Shown here piece by piece: positions 23,270 through 36,060 of a stretch of 64,000 bases of DNA. Each line of letters opens with the position of its first letter. The stretch's first letter is position 1. The notes below the pieces were generated by a model. The model worked only from the letters and a program-made list of their open reading frames with translations. It ran no database searches and was not told the DNA's origin. Source of the stretch: Lama guanicoe (Eukaryota); the NCBI GenBank assembly GCA_013239625.1, contig MU053934.1, positions 11,633,003 through 11,697,002 on the forward strand, in the 5' to 3' direction. Both the position numbers and the translations under genes were made by a program.

Positions 23270-25970
23270 AGCAACACAGCTTAGCACGCTGCCCGCCCGT
23301 GGGCCTGGGCTTCCAGACCCGGGAGGAGAGGCGCCCTCCCAGGACACGTGGCCGGAAGAGGACACTGGGATCAAAGACTCCATCCATCTGGTTTAAGAAG
23401 CGGCCACTCCCCCAAGTGCTTCCGTCCCACCAGTGATGCACCAGCCCCCAGTTCCCCTCCTCCCCAGCATGGGTAGGATGGGTCTTCAACTTCAGCCGTT
23501 CTGACAGACGCGTGGTCCCGCCTCGCGTGGATTTACCTGCGTCTCCCTCGTGACCGGTGGTGCTGACCGTGTATCTGCGCCCTTACTTGTTGGCGCTTTG
23601 TCTTCTTTGGCGAATGGCCTGGATCTCCTGTCCATTGTTTACTGGGCCATTTTCTCATTCGGCTTTCAGAATTCTTGATAAATTCTGTGTGCAAGTCCTT
23701 TATTAAATTCATTCTGTGACTTGTCTGTGACTTGTCCTCTTACTCTATTAATAGTCTTTGAGACCAGGTTTTAACTTTGACGGAGTCTAATTTATCTATC
23801 TTTTGTTTTATGGGTTTCTTTTTTGGGGGGTAGCATATCTATGAGTTATTTGCCAAAACCAAGGTTACAAAGGTCTTTACCTACGCAAACTTCCAGAAGT
23901 TTTAGAGATTAGATTTCACCTTTAGGACTATGACTGACTTTGAGTTAATTTTTGCCTATGGTGAGAGGTATGAGTATGTTTTTTTTCCCGATTGTTAGTT
24001 ACAAGTGCATGCATTACCCAGCAGCGATGCTAAGCTCAGTTAGTATTCGTAGCAGCTTTTATGCAGGTTCCACTGGATTTTCTAAATAGGCTGTCACACT
24101 GCCTCTGAATAAAGATAGTGTCACTTGCTTCTTTCAAGTCTAGACACCGCGCACTTACGGGGTATTCTTGCTTTATCCCATGTGCCGGTTAGAACCCCCA
24201 GTATGATGGTGGGTGGGGATGCTGAGAGCAGACACCCCGGTCTCATCCTCGGGGAGCCACGCAGTCCTTCTCCATTGAGCGCAGTGTTAATTCGTTGCAG
24301 ACACCCTTTATCAGACTGAGGAAATCCCTTCTCTTCATAGTTTCAGAACCTTTATCATGGGACTGTATTTGACTTCATCAAGGACTCCGTTTGTTTGGTT
24401 TTTGCATCTATTGAGATGATTGTATGTTTTTACTTTTTTGGATTTTTAATATAATCAATTACCTTAAGGGATTTTCAGATGTTAAGAAAAAAAAAAAGCC
24501 CATGTCCCTGAGGTGCACCCCACCTAGTAATGACACATGCTCTTGTTCCCATGTTGTTGAATTCCACCTGCTGAAATTTTGTTGAGCAGTTTTACCCTTA
24601 AATTCATAGGTGGTCTGTGTGGCCTGCAGTTGTCTGTCCTATGATGGCTGTGTGGGTTTTGTGTCTATTTCCGTATCATAGTCCTGCTGGCCTTACACAA
24701 TGAGATTAGAAGCGCCCCCTTGTCTCCAGTTGTGAGGAAGAGCGTGCGTGGAATTGGCACCACTGCCTCCTCGAACGTCTGGAAGAATTCACCAGCGACA
24801 GCATCTGAGCCCGGGGCTTTCTCCACAGGAGAGGCATCAGGTTTTAAACCCTCCTCAGAGAGCAGATCTAGGTCTTGCTGGTTTCCTCTGCTGTTCGTCT
24901 GCTTCATCTCTCATTGGTTTCTGCTCTTCATTTATGATTTATTTTCTTCTACTTAACTTTGGTCTAACTTGCTCTTACTTTTGTCTCCTGGACGTCACTG
25001 ACTGAGGCCTGTCTTTTTCCCTGACATACTCTGCTGCTGTAAGTCTCCCCGCAAAAGCCACCTCAGCAGGATCGCACAAGGTTGATCTGCTGTATTTTAA
25101 TTTTCTATCAGTCAGAAGTATCTCCTATACATCCTTTTTCTTATTTTTTGGCTTGTTTATTTTTTAGAAATATGTTGTTTAGTTTTGAATATTGGGAGCT
25201 TTCTAAAAGATTTTTCTTTTATTGACTTCTAATTTAACTCCATTGTATTCAGAAACGGCCTTTGTATGACTTAAACCCTTTTTCAAATAGTTATGAGTAT
25301 TTTTAAACCATAATATAGTCTGCCTTGGTAAATGTTCCACGTGTACTTGAAAAGAAGGTAAATTTTACTGTTATGTGGAGTATTTCATAAATGCCAGTTT
25401 TTTCAAGTTTTTAGTTAGAATTTTACTCTTGTATATAATCATTTTCTACTTATTCTATCAATTATTGAGAGAATAGTTTTGAAATCTCAGGTTGTAATTC
25501 AAGATTTTAAAGTTATGTTTATCATAGCAGTTTTTGCTTTATATATTTTCAAGCTTATTATTAGGTGCATAGAAGTTTAGGGTTGCTATATAATTTTGGT
25601 GAATTTACCCCTTTATCTTTATGAAGGAACACAATAGTCTTTATCCTTGGTAAAATTTTTACTCTGAAACTTACTGTGTCCAACATTCACACATTTATTC
25701 ACATATTGGGGTTAGCAGGTAATAAAATTGTTTGCTATTTCCTTGTCAACCTATACGTCTTTTTTATTTAAAGTAAATGTTTTATAAATGGCATATATCC
25801 GAGTCTTGCTTTTTAACTAACCTGACTATCTCTGCATCTTAGTTGGGTCATTTAAATAGTTTATGTTTAGTGTGAATAGCACTATTGTTTACAGCTGTCA
25901 CCTTGCAAATTGCTGTCTATTTGTTCTAAGTGCTTTGGGCTCCCTTTTTACTTTTTCTGACTTCTTTTGG
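23270..25970 (-). mobile_element. Old L1 (L1M class), ORF2 region with deletions, 5'-truncated
   Basis: T-rich reverse L1 landmarks, e.g. tttgagttaatttttgcctatggtgagaggt, tttttgcatctattgagatgat, ggaagaattcaccag, ttggtaaatgttccacgtgtacttgaaaagaa. Confidence 0.9.
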
Positions 25971-25974
25971 AAGG

Positions 25975-26595
25975 ACAAAAATTTGATATAAAATCAAATT
26001 CAGGGAATGGCCATTTCATCTTTTGACCAAAAATTATGTTTTCAACCGAAAGTGATCATAGCATCCTCTATTACCTAACTGTGAGCAGGAAAGTCTGGGT
26101 CCACCAGCCTTTCATGTATGGCTGGGGAACAACTAAACTGCTACAGGTTTATGAGGGAATACTGGGGAGAACAAACATACACAATAAATATCATTGTGTT
26201 CCATTGTATCATGGGTTAATCTTCACCCCATCATAGATAAGCATTGAATTGAATTAGCAGAAACAAGGAGCCATTAATCTGGATGTCAGCGTATTTTGAA
26301 ATACTTCTCTAAAATATTCCTCTTCTTAAAATACTTTCCTCTTCGTCACTCTATACTATTTTTGCAATTTTTAGTCTGTGCATACAACTCAAGTATCCAG
26401 ATTTATCCAACGTATGTTGCTGTGAAAACAAGACAAAAAGGAAGAAAATTGTAGCTCTCATATGGCTTGTTAACATAAAGATTTAATATAAGGTGTGCAT
26501 TGTTGAGGCATAGCACATGTCAAAATAGGTGATGTCACACAAATGTATGACTTACCAAATGAGTCAGGCAGGATGAGCATGTGAATGAATCTAAG
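25975..26595 (+). mobile_element. CR1/L3 LINE ORF2 C-terminal remnant
   Basis: Degraded peptides W..TKLLQV, LGRTNIHNKY, IIDK, IVAL, L.*GVHC*, DVTQM....GRM are colinear with CR1 W...N.MKF, LGRNNP.HKY, VD.KL, IVPLY, LEYCVQFW, DIDKL....TRM. Confidence 0.6.
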
Positions 26596-26771
26596 TAGAC
26601 CGCCAGCATCCATCTAGGTGGGGCTGGGCTCCCATACACTGCACTGTCTGAGGCATCATTAATGATGTAGGGAAACCAGAGCACTGATGAGACTTGGAGC
26701 TGGATGGTGGGGACAGGGAGTCCAGGGGACGATTCTCTCCTCTGTGTGCCTGTTTGACATGTTCGTTAATA

Positions 26772-26892
26772 AGACAGGGAGGGAGCAAAGGAGGAAAGAA
26801 AGGAAGGAGGGAGGAGCAGGGGCAGGGAGGGAAGGAGGAATAGGGAGAGGAGGGGAAAGAAAGAAAAGGAAAGAGAGTGAGACAAAGAGGGA
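26772..26892. repeat. GA-rich low-complexity tract
   Basis: Nearly pure purine run (ggagggaaggaggaatagggagagg...). Confidence 0.85.
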
Positions 26893-29488
26893 AGCATTAC
26901 AGTCCCTACCAGGCCTTTAACCTCCGGCTGCCCCGCCGGCATCCACACTCAGCCCCACTGCAGGACACACTGAGAACAGGAACCTCACAAGCGCTGGCCC
27001 ACGTCTCTAATGACCAGAACAGACTCATTCTGTTTAAGTGTATTAAAATGTAAGCATCCTGTTCTCCCCTGCATCCCCTGCACCGAGTACCCTGCCAGGA
27101 AGAGTTATGAACCCACCAGTTCTTCTGCTGTGGTCAACCAGGAACAGGCATCGCTAGACCAGGAAGAGCCCAGGAACCGCCGGACCCACGGCTCCAGCTC
27201 CAGAGTGGACGCTGCTGCTCACAAGGCCCACGGTCCCCAGGAGGGGGGGGGAGGCGTGTATCGCTCCAGGGTGGTGGCCCCCAGAAGGAGCCGGGAGTCA
27301 GCGGTCTGCAACTTCAGCCCAGAGACGAGTTGACTGAGATCCAGAAAGACAAGGTGGCCTCTCCAAGGTCAGCTCGTGGGCTGGATGAAGGATCAGCACC
27401 AACACAGCTGGACGGAAACCACTTTCACTCAGTTCGTCTCTCTGGGCACAGAGCACACACGGCTCTCCCGCTGTCCTGGCACTGGGCACCCTTGGACAAG
27501 GGGGCAGGCAGCTGTACTTAGAACATGGTGTGGTCCAGCAGAGCTAAATTTAAAGGATGCCTTCAAAGCACTTTCCTGGTGGGAGAATAAACACAGACCG
27601 TGTGGGGACAGTTTTGCAGTGCCTCCAGCTGCCCCTGGGTCTGCAAATGGCCAGAGCTCCCACCAAGGCGACGAGTGTGAACTGACACCGAAGAGATGGT
27701 GAGGGTGTCCAGGGGCATCTTCTGGTGTAAGGGCCAGAAACTAGAAGTGGCTGGTGATGGCTAATCTCCTGTGTCCACTTCCCTGGGCAGCAGGGAGCCC
27801 TGGGCTGAGACTCAGCAGGGCTCTGGGGTGGCGGCAGGCCTTGGGCTTCTGCTTTCTGGGCAGAGGAGCAGTTGTTCACAGACCCATGTCCTAAAATACT
27901 GTACACGAAAGAACTCGTTTAAATCAGACCCTACATTTGGTACCGGGGCTGCATCTATAACACATGATCTTATGGTGTGAACGAGGAAGGAGTCTCACCC
28001 AGCTTTGGTTTTTCTCCACAAGCATGTTGACCAGGGAAGGCTGAATTAAATCCATGCTTCTCTTCTGGACTTAGTGGAAACACAGGGGCACCGGGCAGCC
28101 CTCTGATGGGCTGGGTGTCTTCCACTGGCCCCCTCGACGCACCCTTCACCCTCTCCTAGCTGCAGAGGGTCCTCTGTGGGTGCTGCCCATCGCACCCCTG
28201 CCCTCTGACGTCCAGCAGGGCTCAGCCGAGCACGGGCAGGGCAGGAAGTGAGGGAGGAGGAGGAGAGGCTTGGGGCCCCCCTGGGGTGCTGGGGTGATTG
28301 CTCTGCTTCCCCAAAGACCCTGCTCTGGGCTGGCACAGAGCCCAGCTAAGACGCCCCCCCAGGTCTCAGGGGCCACTCCTTACAGCTTCAGCGTCCCTGG
28401 TCACATGCCCCAACTCCGCCGACGAGCAGCCCTTTATCAGACTCTGACCAACCCCCGCGTGCTGTGGCCCCAGGTTGCGCCCTTCTGCCCGGAGCTCACC
28501 TGTAAAGCCCCCAGGCTGGGGGGGGCACCTGCTCAGTCTCGGCAGGGCGAGGGAGGCTGTTCCTTTTCTTTCTTCTTGTCTCAGTGACTCCTGCTGTCGA
28601 GCCCTTCAACAGGCCCCTTCTCAAAAGTCTCACCAGAAGCCTCTTCCCTGGCAGCCTCTGGGCGGATTCACAGGGAAGCCCGTTAATAAAAGCCGTTAAT
28701 GGAATTCTCTGCATCACCAGAGAAGAGCCGCAGGGACATCCCAGTGGACGGCGGGGAAGCAGACGATGAAACTCCACACAAATTCCTGTTTAAAAATCAC
28801 AGCCGGCGAGGACCCAGGGGGACGTCCTCCGTCTGACAGAGGCCGTGCTCCCAAAGTGCCCGGAGGAGACCACGTTCAGGAGCAAAACCTCAGGGCCGTT
28901 CCCCGTGCCAGGCCACCGCGGTCCCTGTGCCCCTCGCGGTCTTCTGGGATCCGTACAAACAAGAAAACCGGGGGTTAAAGACGGCTAAGCTTCTCCGCCA
29001 CGTGCCCACGTGCTTGGCACGCGGTGCGCAGTGCGGTGACCTAACGACCTATGACCCAGGGGGGGTTAGGACCCCTCCACTCAGAACTGAGGATCGGAGA
29101 GGGCCCAGCGCCTGGCGGGCGCACACAGGCACGGGAGCTGCACCGAGTCCCGAGCCCGGCGTGGCCTCATCGTGCTGCCCTGTCAGCAGCCAGCAGACGC
29201 AGGCGAAAACGCACATCAGAAAGGAGAGCGCTTATTGGAAACAACGTGTTTAGTCGCCTGGACATTTAATTGGAAAATGACCAGCAGAAGGAGGGCCCGG
29301 CACTCTGCAGCAACACGTGCCATCGGGAGCTCTGCTCCGGCACGAGCACTTCGCGCTCGCAGTCGCCTTGTGCGCTGGGACTGTCTAGCAGGCTTAAGTG
29401 TGCATCAGCAGACGCAGAGGAAGTAGCAAGAGGTCCGCACAGAAGGGCCTGGCCCTGCGCACGGTGACGCCAAGGAAGGCAGGGAGGG

Positions 29489-29832
29489 GCGTGGACTGAG
29501 GGCCCGCACCAGCCCCCAAATTCACAGGCTGCAGCCCTGTGCTCTGAGGGGGTGGGGTCCGGAGGCAGGCGTTCGCTGATGGCTGGGCTTCGGTGAGGTC
29601 GTCAGGGTGGGGCCCCTGGCGGGACTAGAGCCCTTCTGTGCGGAGGAAGGGACGCCCGACCCCCACCCCGTGAGGACGCAGGGAGGAGGTGGCCGTCTGC
29701 AGCAGGAGGACGATGCTCTCCAGACGCTGGACCTGCCGGCACCCCGATCTTGGGCGTCCAGCCTCCAGACTGTGAAATGAACGTCTGGTTTAAACCGCAG
29801 TCTGTGGTCAGAGCCCCCGAGCGGGCCGACGC
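29489..29832 (+). mobile_element. MLT1A-like solo LTR, GC-shifted
   Basis: gtggactgag...cccccaaattcac...tgaggtcgtcagggtggggccc...gtgaggacgcagggag...gatcttgggcgtccagcctccagactgtga...cagtctgtggt. Confidence 0.8.
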
Positions 29833-32200
29833 GCGGTGGGCTGACGGTGAGCGCGGTCCCCTTCTGGGGATAAGCCCCCCGCTGTCAGGCTGTCCCACCA
29901 GGGTCCCAGAAGGCTGGACCTCTGTGTCCCCCGAGGGCCAGGACCCGGAGCAAAGCCGGAGCTCGGCGAGGGTCCAGCGAGGGCAGGAGGGGAGGGGCTG
30001 GACCCTGGGCCCGAGAGGGATCCTCCCGGAGCTTAACGTGCTGACCTGAAACGCCGCCCGGAAGGGAAAACAGGCGCAGCAGTGCCAGTGCCACGGAGAG
30101 GAGGGGCCCCAGAGCGCCAGCACAGAGCAAACAACAGCCCCCAACGCCCGAGCTGGTCAACGACAGCGAGGCGGCGTCACAGACAGCGTGGCCGTGCCGC
30201 GGGCGGCGGGTCTGAGAGCCCGGACCCTCCAGCTTCGGGACAGCACGTCCCGGACAGAGAGGGAGAAACACCAAGTAGGTCGTGCCGGTGGGCTTGAACA
30301 GAATCTGCGGGAACCTGCGCTGTGTTTTGGTTGAGTTTCTAACACGTGAGGAAACGCACACTCCCAAGTTGGCGCATCTGCCCCTCCCCCGACACTTGTC
30401 CCCCGATCCCTTCCACCCCCGGGTCCAGCCGAAGAGGTGGGACGCTCCCCCGGCCCAGCCCCCACCCCCAGAGGGGTCCTTCCTCCGCCTGGGGTGGGGA
30501 GCTGGTTGCACCCCCCGCTGGGTCTCAGGGCTTCTGGCTGTTTCCATCCCCGAGCCCCGCCAGGCGTCCGCAGGAGGAACGTGGAGCAGCCGCGCGGGGA
30601 GCTGTAAGCCAGACGCTTTGCGCTGTGCCAGCATCCCACCTGGCTCCCGAGGTGGCAGACACGCTGCTCCTTCCACACGCCCCGCACACATTCCCACAGC
30701 TGACGGCTCTGAAGGGAAGCCGTGCGATCGTTCTGTAGTAAAGATTCACACGTTTTCAAGATTTCCAACAAGTTGTGAGCCAAGAGCTGTTTCTCTTCAG
30801 TTAGCCATCCTGCAGCCACACGGGGCCCAAACGCCGCACTTCCCCGGCGCGGTCGGCCCTGGGGCTTCCGGGCCGGCAGGACGGAGGGCACTGAGGCAGG
30901 AGGGAGCGCCGGCTTCCGGCAGCCGTAACAGAGCTTGCTCATCGCGGGGCACAGCCCCGGGTCGGCCCCGAGCTCCTGCCCCCTGGGTCGGGGTGGCCCG
31001 TATCTACTTCCTGGCACAGCTGGAGAAGACTTCGTTGAACTCTTTTTAATTATTTTCCAGAAATGATCCATTTTCCATGAAAATGTGCATAGAGTTTATC
31101 TCATTCCTGGAAGTCATTACTACTTTGTCATGAAAAATTCCCGGTGCCCTGGAGCACAGGGGGATCAAATTAGCCTCGACGCTCATCACAGAGCAAAGGG
31201 CGATTTGGCCGCGGTTCTCGGACACAAGTCTTTGATCCATCGTCTTGTTCTCCACCACGGGCGAGGTCTGCTTTTCAGAGCCTGGGGCCCGCCGGCTGCC
31301 CTCTGAAAGGTCTGAAGTCACAGAGGGCCCTGCGGCTGCAGCGGCTATGCCCGGGAAGGCCCCCCACCCCTCAGCCTTGGAGCCGCGGGGCTGCCAAGGG
31401 AGGGAGGCCCCGTTGCCGGTCCCGATGCGCCGAAGCAACGCTGCCCGTCTGTTCAGCTCCCAGGTCTGCGTGCAAAGGTGCTGCTTCATGCACCCAGGGA
31501 ACAGGTACTGAGCGTTTGCCTGGCTCTCAGCGCTGCGAGACAGCAGGGCTCTGCTCTCCTGCTCCGCGCCAACACCCTGCAACTATTTTAAATGTCGCTT
31601 AAAAATACTCAGTGCTCTCACATACATTCCGCAGTTAATCAGCACAGCCCCACATCCTCGATAACGCAGTGGAAGGGTCCGTGGTCACTCAGCCCGCCTT
31701 CCAGGCTGTGTGTTGTGTGTCCCGCGGCTGAAGACGGTGGAAGCCAAGCCTCCTCTTAGCCAGGACCCTTCTTCCGAGTCACCTCGGGGGATGCAAAAAG
31801 GAATCATTGCAAAAACAGCTTTTCACCTCCATTAACAACTCACTCTATAAAGACAGTGTCAGGCTTAATCAGGACCTGAAGGTGTGGGTGTTAAGTCAAA
31901 TGCACAGGAAATCTCTCTGAATTCCCAGACGCCGCGCAGGGGGAGCACGCTGGCCCAGGAAACGGCAAAGCGCATGGTGACGTTTACAAGAATTGATGAC
32001 AGGCCCCGGACACCGAGCCCGATTTCCTGCCGCCAGTTACACCAGCCGCCGGCGAGTCCCCAGGGCCCGGCCTCCGGCTTCAGCCCCTCGGCCGGCAGCC
32101 TGCTGTGACGTGGCGGGAAGCAGACCGCCGCTCAGGTGTCCACACTGTCTTGCTGGTGGCACTTTGGACTTGGAAGAGTTCTTATGTGAAAGCTGGCGCC

Positions 32201-33060
32201 TTCATTCTTTCATTCATTCATTCACTCTGCTCGGGGCTCCGATGTTTCCCAGATGCTCTTCCGTGTGCAGGGCCCTCAGCACACACCCAGCCGAGTCATC
32301 ACCCCACCATCTTGCTGAGGAGACACAGACACGAAGCAGATTTTAAAAAATACAATGTGCCAGAAAGCGATCGGGGATTGAAGGATGACGGGGCGGGCAG
32401 CAGAGAGCAGCGGTGTGCGGTTTTATAGCTGCGGACCCAGGAGGGCCTCTCGGAGGAGGCAGCATTTAGACAGAGGCTGCAAGGAAGTGAGAACAGGGAA
32501 GGAGCAAAGGGCGGTTTGGAGGACGGCCGGGAGGGAGCCGCAGGCAGACCCTGTGGGTCTCACTGGCAGGAAGCCCTTCAGGGCAGCTGTGGAGGGGTGG
32601 CACGGGCTCTGGTTAGGAGCCCCCGGGGCGGCCACACTGCAAACAGGGGGCAGAGGTGCAAGTGGACGTGGGAGACCAGCCAGGAGGCCGCACGCAGCGA
32701 TGGGGACGTGAGCCGTGGGGAAGGGCGATCTCATACGAGGGCTTGAGCCCAGGGGTATCCAGGGGAGACCCTGCTGGATTCCTGACCAATCAGCTGTGGG
32801 CACAGAGGACTCCAGGGGTCCCCCCTGGCTTTGCAGGGAGTGGAAAGAGTCATGCCTGCAGCTCATTGGACCCGACAGATACAGTGATGGATAGAAAATG
32901 TCGTTTGTGAAAATGGAAAAGGCTGGGGAGGGCAGCTTTAATTAGAAGAGCGCATGGTGCTCAGATGTGGACACGCTAAGCTCCAGGTGCCTCCTGGACA
33001 TCCTGGTGGACTGACGAGCAGACGTGGTCCAGAGTCGGGGAGAGGAGCGGGGGCTGGAGA
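32201..33060 (-). mobile_element. L2a-like LINE 3' portion
   Basis: (TTCA)n tail at 32201-32224, gagggcctctcggaggaggcagcatttaga, ggagaccagccaggaggc, tggacacgctaagctccaggtgcct...gacatcc. Confidence 0.75.
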
Positions 33061-33587
33061 GGGACCTCAGGCCCCCACTGACCCCGGTTCCCCATCTGTG
33101 AGACGGAGGAGAGGCCGCTCTCCCATGGAGCAGGCCTGCCCCCCAGCGCCCCAAGGGAAGGGCGAGAGCTCCAGGGGACAGGAGGACGCGGCGCAGGAGG
33201 CCTGGCAGGCACCTGCCCACGGCCCTGCGGTCTGTGCGACTCCGCTGGGAAGGTGAGCGTGAGGCCGGCCGCCAGGCGTCGGTCTGTCTGGCCAGAAGAA
33301 GTTGCATCAACCTCGGCGTGTTTTCGGATTTAGCTCGTCGCGCAATTACGAGCTAATGTGGGTTGACGAGCCGGAAAATAACGTTATTTTTATTATTTTT
33401 ATTTTAAAGACAAAGTCCTACACTCTCACCCTCACCACTTGCCACCAGGTGCGGGTCTCTCGCCTCGTGGCTGGCGGTGGCGCTCCTCCTGACTGCCAGC
33501 TTTCCCGCGTCCTGGGACATGGCCCGGAAGAAAGGCCGCCCACGTGCCACGCAGTTAGCCTCTGGTCCTTTGTCTCTTTCTTTCCTG

Positions 33588-33694
33588 TTGTTTTTTTTTT
33601 TTTTAATTTTTTTCTCCCTCAAGGAGGCACTGGGGGTTGAGCCCAGGACCTCGGGCATGCTAAGCCCGCGCTCTCCCAGGGCTCTCCCTCCCTC
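33588..33694 (-). mobile_element. Camelid tRNA-derived SINE (Vic-1-like)
   Basis: poly-T then ggaggcactgggggttgagcccaggacctcgggcatgctaagcccgcgctct, i.e. the reverse of a tRNA-like head with B box. Confidence 0.8.
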
Positions 33695-34018
33695 TCTGTC
33701 TCCTTCTGACCCAGATAGCGACCTCGACCCTGAAGACACGGAGAAGCTTAAAAAGGGCTGTAAATTCCCAGCAGCCTTGCGCCCCCACCCCCACCCCGGA
33801 ATCACCTTCGTTCACTCTGTCCCTTTTCTCTGGGGCCAGCGGCCTTCCCAGCCCAGAGCTGCCCTGGCGGGAGCCGCCCTCCCAGTGCCCCCAGCCTCCG
33901 TGCTGGTCTTTGGAGCAGGAAGTGGAATTACTCCCCTGTGCATCGGGCCACCTCTGGGGGACAAGTCCCCTCGTTTTCTCCTGTCACCTCAGGGTGATGA
34001 GGGCCAGGTTCTGTCCTT

Positions 34019-34448
34019 TGTGGACTCGGAATGTCACCTGCCTTTGTCAGCAAAAAAGGATGCTGCGGCCATCAAGCCATTAGCCACTGCAGCTGCCCCG
34101 GATGGCGGCCCCTGAGGGGACGCAGGGTGAGAAAGCACAGGGCAGTGGCCCTGGAGCGCTCAGTGCAGATCAGAGGGGTGATTTCAAAGAGCCCAGACCT
34201 CTGCACCTTCCTGCACAGAGCAAAAGGCTAAACTCCTTAACTTGGGGTGTCTGGTTTCCTTTAACTGACAGTCATCTTTTGATGTTCCGACTAGCTGTTC
34301 TCTGTTACAAAAACTCCTGTGTACCCTGGCTCCTCCCTTACCTCTTGGCACCAAGCAATCTGAGAGGCTGCCTCCGTGGCGCGAGTCCTCAGAAAGTCCT
34401 CCAGTGAAGCAGAACTCAACGTCTAGGCTGTGCATTTTCCAGTCGACA
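34019..34448 (+). mobile_element. ERV1 solo LTR, cetartiodactyl MER41-like
   Basis: TG...CA termini (tgtggac ... cagtcgaca); 3' end gagaggctgcctcc...gtcctcag...ctcaac...aggctgtgcatttt resembles MER41_BT-type LTRs. Confidence 0.65.
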
Positions 34449-34544
34449 CCCCACACCCTCGCTCCAGGGCACTTTGCCTCCTGCCAGGTGAGGCACTCCT
34501 GCCCGACGCGTCCAGTCTCGTCTGCATCCATCATTCCACCAGCG

Positions 34545-34655
34545 TCCTCCCTGCGTCACAGACGAGAAAACTGAGGTCCAAACTGGTGATGCCACTGACT
34601 TGACGGGACAGAGCCGTGCAGGGCAAGGGCGGGAGGAAGTCCAGATCCCTGGGGA
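34545..34655 (-). mobile_element. MIR fragment
   Basis: cacagacgagaaaactgaggtcca...tgacttg...acagagc. Confidence 0.5.
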
Positions 34656-34792
34656 GCAGTGCCGTTAGCCGCTTCCCTGGCAGAGCTCTCCTGGGCCCAG
34701 GCGCCCCACCGTGGCCGCGGCAGACCTTAGAGGCTTGGAGCGCAGGGGCTCGGGAATCCGAAGACGGGTCTTCTTGGTCACTAGGGCCGCTT

Positions 34793-34975
34793 ATTTTTAA
34801 TTAAAATTTTTATTGTAAGATAAACGTAGATTCACAGGTAGTTGTAAGAAGTTACACAGAGAGGTCCACACCCTTTCCTGGCGCCCGCAGTCCTCACACC
34901 CGGCAGAGCTGTGGTGACTCCCAGCCAGCGGGCTGCCACCCGCACGGTTGAGGCAGAGAACGTTCCGTCCCCACG
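34793..34975 (-). mobile_element. L1MC-type 3' end
   Basis: ttttattgtaagataaacgtagattcacaggtagttgtaagaagttacacagagaggtcc...cagagaacgttccgtccccac. Confidence 0.7.
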
Positions 34976-36018
34976 TTCACTCCATCCTCCCCACGTCTGC
35001 GGTTTATAATTTTATCATCTCTGTCTTGGTCTAGGACCTGGGGAGACAGGACTGTGTTTAAATGGACCCCTGGGGCATAACCGTCCAGGAATGTTTTCCA
35101 GGAAGGCCCCCAGGGCTCCAAGTAAGGCCTGGGGGGTGGAAGAAACCTATCAATTATTTAAAACCCTGACGACTTTCGTGGGGTGTTTGCTGAGGAGGCG
35201 GGTGAGCAGATCAGGATTTACCGCAGTGGCTCCCGTGACTAGCGGAGGTGGGCGGGGCTCACTGTCTGTATTTACAGCCAATGGCCTCATTGGTCTGATG
35301 CGACGTTTTTCGTTGTCTCCTTTTCCCCTTCTGTCTACAGCATCTCCGGCTGTCCTTGTCCGTGAGCCGCGCGCCGGGGCAGGCCGTGGGCTGCCGGGTG
35401 GGCGGGGCTGCGAGGTACCTGGGCTCCTGGTCCCTCCCTCGCTTTTCCCTGCAGCTCTTCCACAACACCCCGCCAAGCGCGGCCCTTCAGGAAGAGAGTC
35501 TCTTTCCCGCTCTGACTTCTGCTTCTGAATCAGGTCTCGGGTTCCGGGCTGAAATTCACTGGCAGGTGAGGAGAGGGCGCCGTGGGACGGCACCTTCTTC
35601 CCCTCCCGGACCCCGTCGCCCACGCACCCGTGCCCTGAGCACCTGCGGCTCCGTCTGCCCTCGGCGGCCCTGGGCTCCCGGCAGTGTGTGTGGGGTGTGA
35701 CTTATGTTTGGGGCTTTCTCCCTTGACACTCAGGTTTATTATGGAAAGGAGGTGCCTGTTCATTCTCTTCTGCATCAGCCCAGTTTTTTCCACCCAGGAT
35801 TTAACATCCGAGGTTCTGGCCGACATGCGTTCAAGTTCACGTAGGCCAGGAACCCTGTGTTGCAGGCACCTGAACGGTTCTAGTGTCCTGTTATCCCCTG
35901 AATGGTTCCTGGGCTATTCGGGGCTTAGGGGAGCCCTTAATTGCAGCTCTTGTGCCAGTCAGGACTCTCCAGGGAGACAGAACCAGTCAACCAGCAGGCC
36001 AGAGGGAGAGGTGATGAC

Positions 36019-36060
36019 AGATAGATAGATAGACAGGTAGATAGATAGATAGATAGATAG
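36019..36060. repeat. (AGAT)n microsatellite
   Basis: Directly visible, about 10 units with 2 variant units. Confidence 0.95.

Noticed and set aside
25975-26310. Bornavirus matrix-like motifs (YLTV.., LN..AIN....VF)
   Set aside because: Requires about three frameshifts and a long gap; CR1/L3 ORF2 explains the segment over a longer colinear span
29885-31071. Overlapping 255-304 aa ORFs on both strands
   Set aside because: Pro/Gly/Arg/Ala-rich open frames expected in very GC-rich DNA; no recognisable protein
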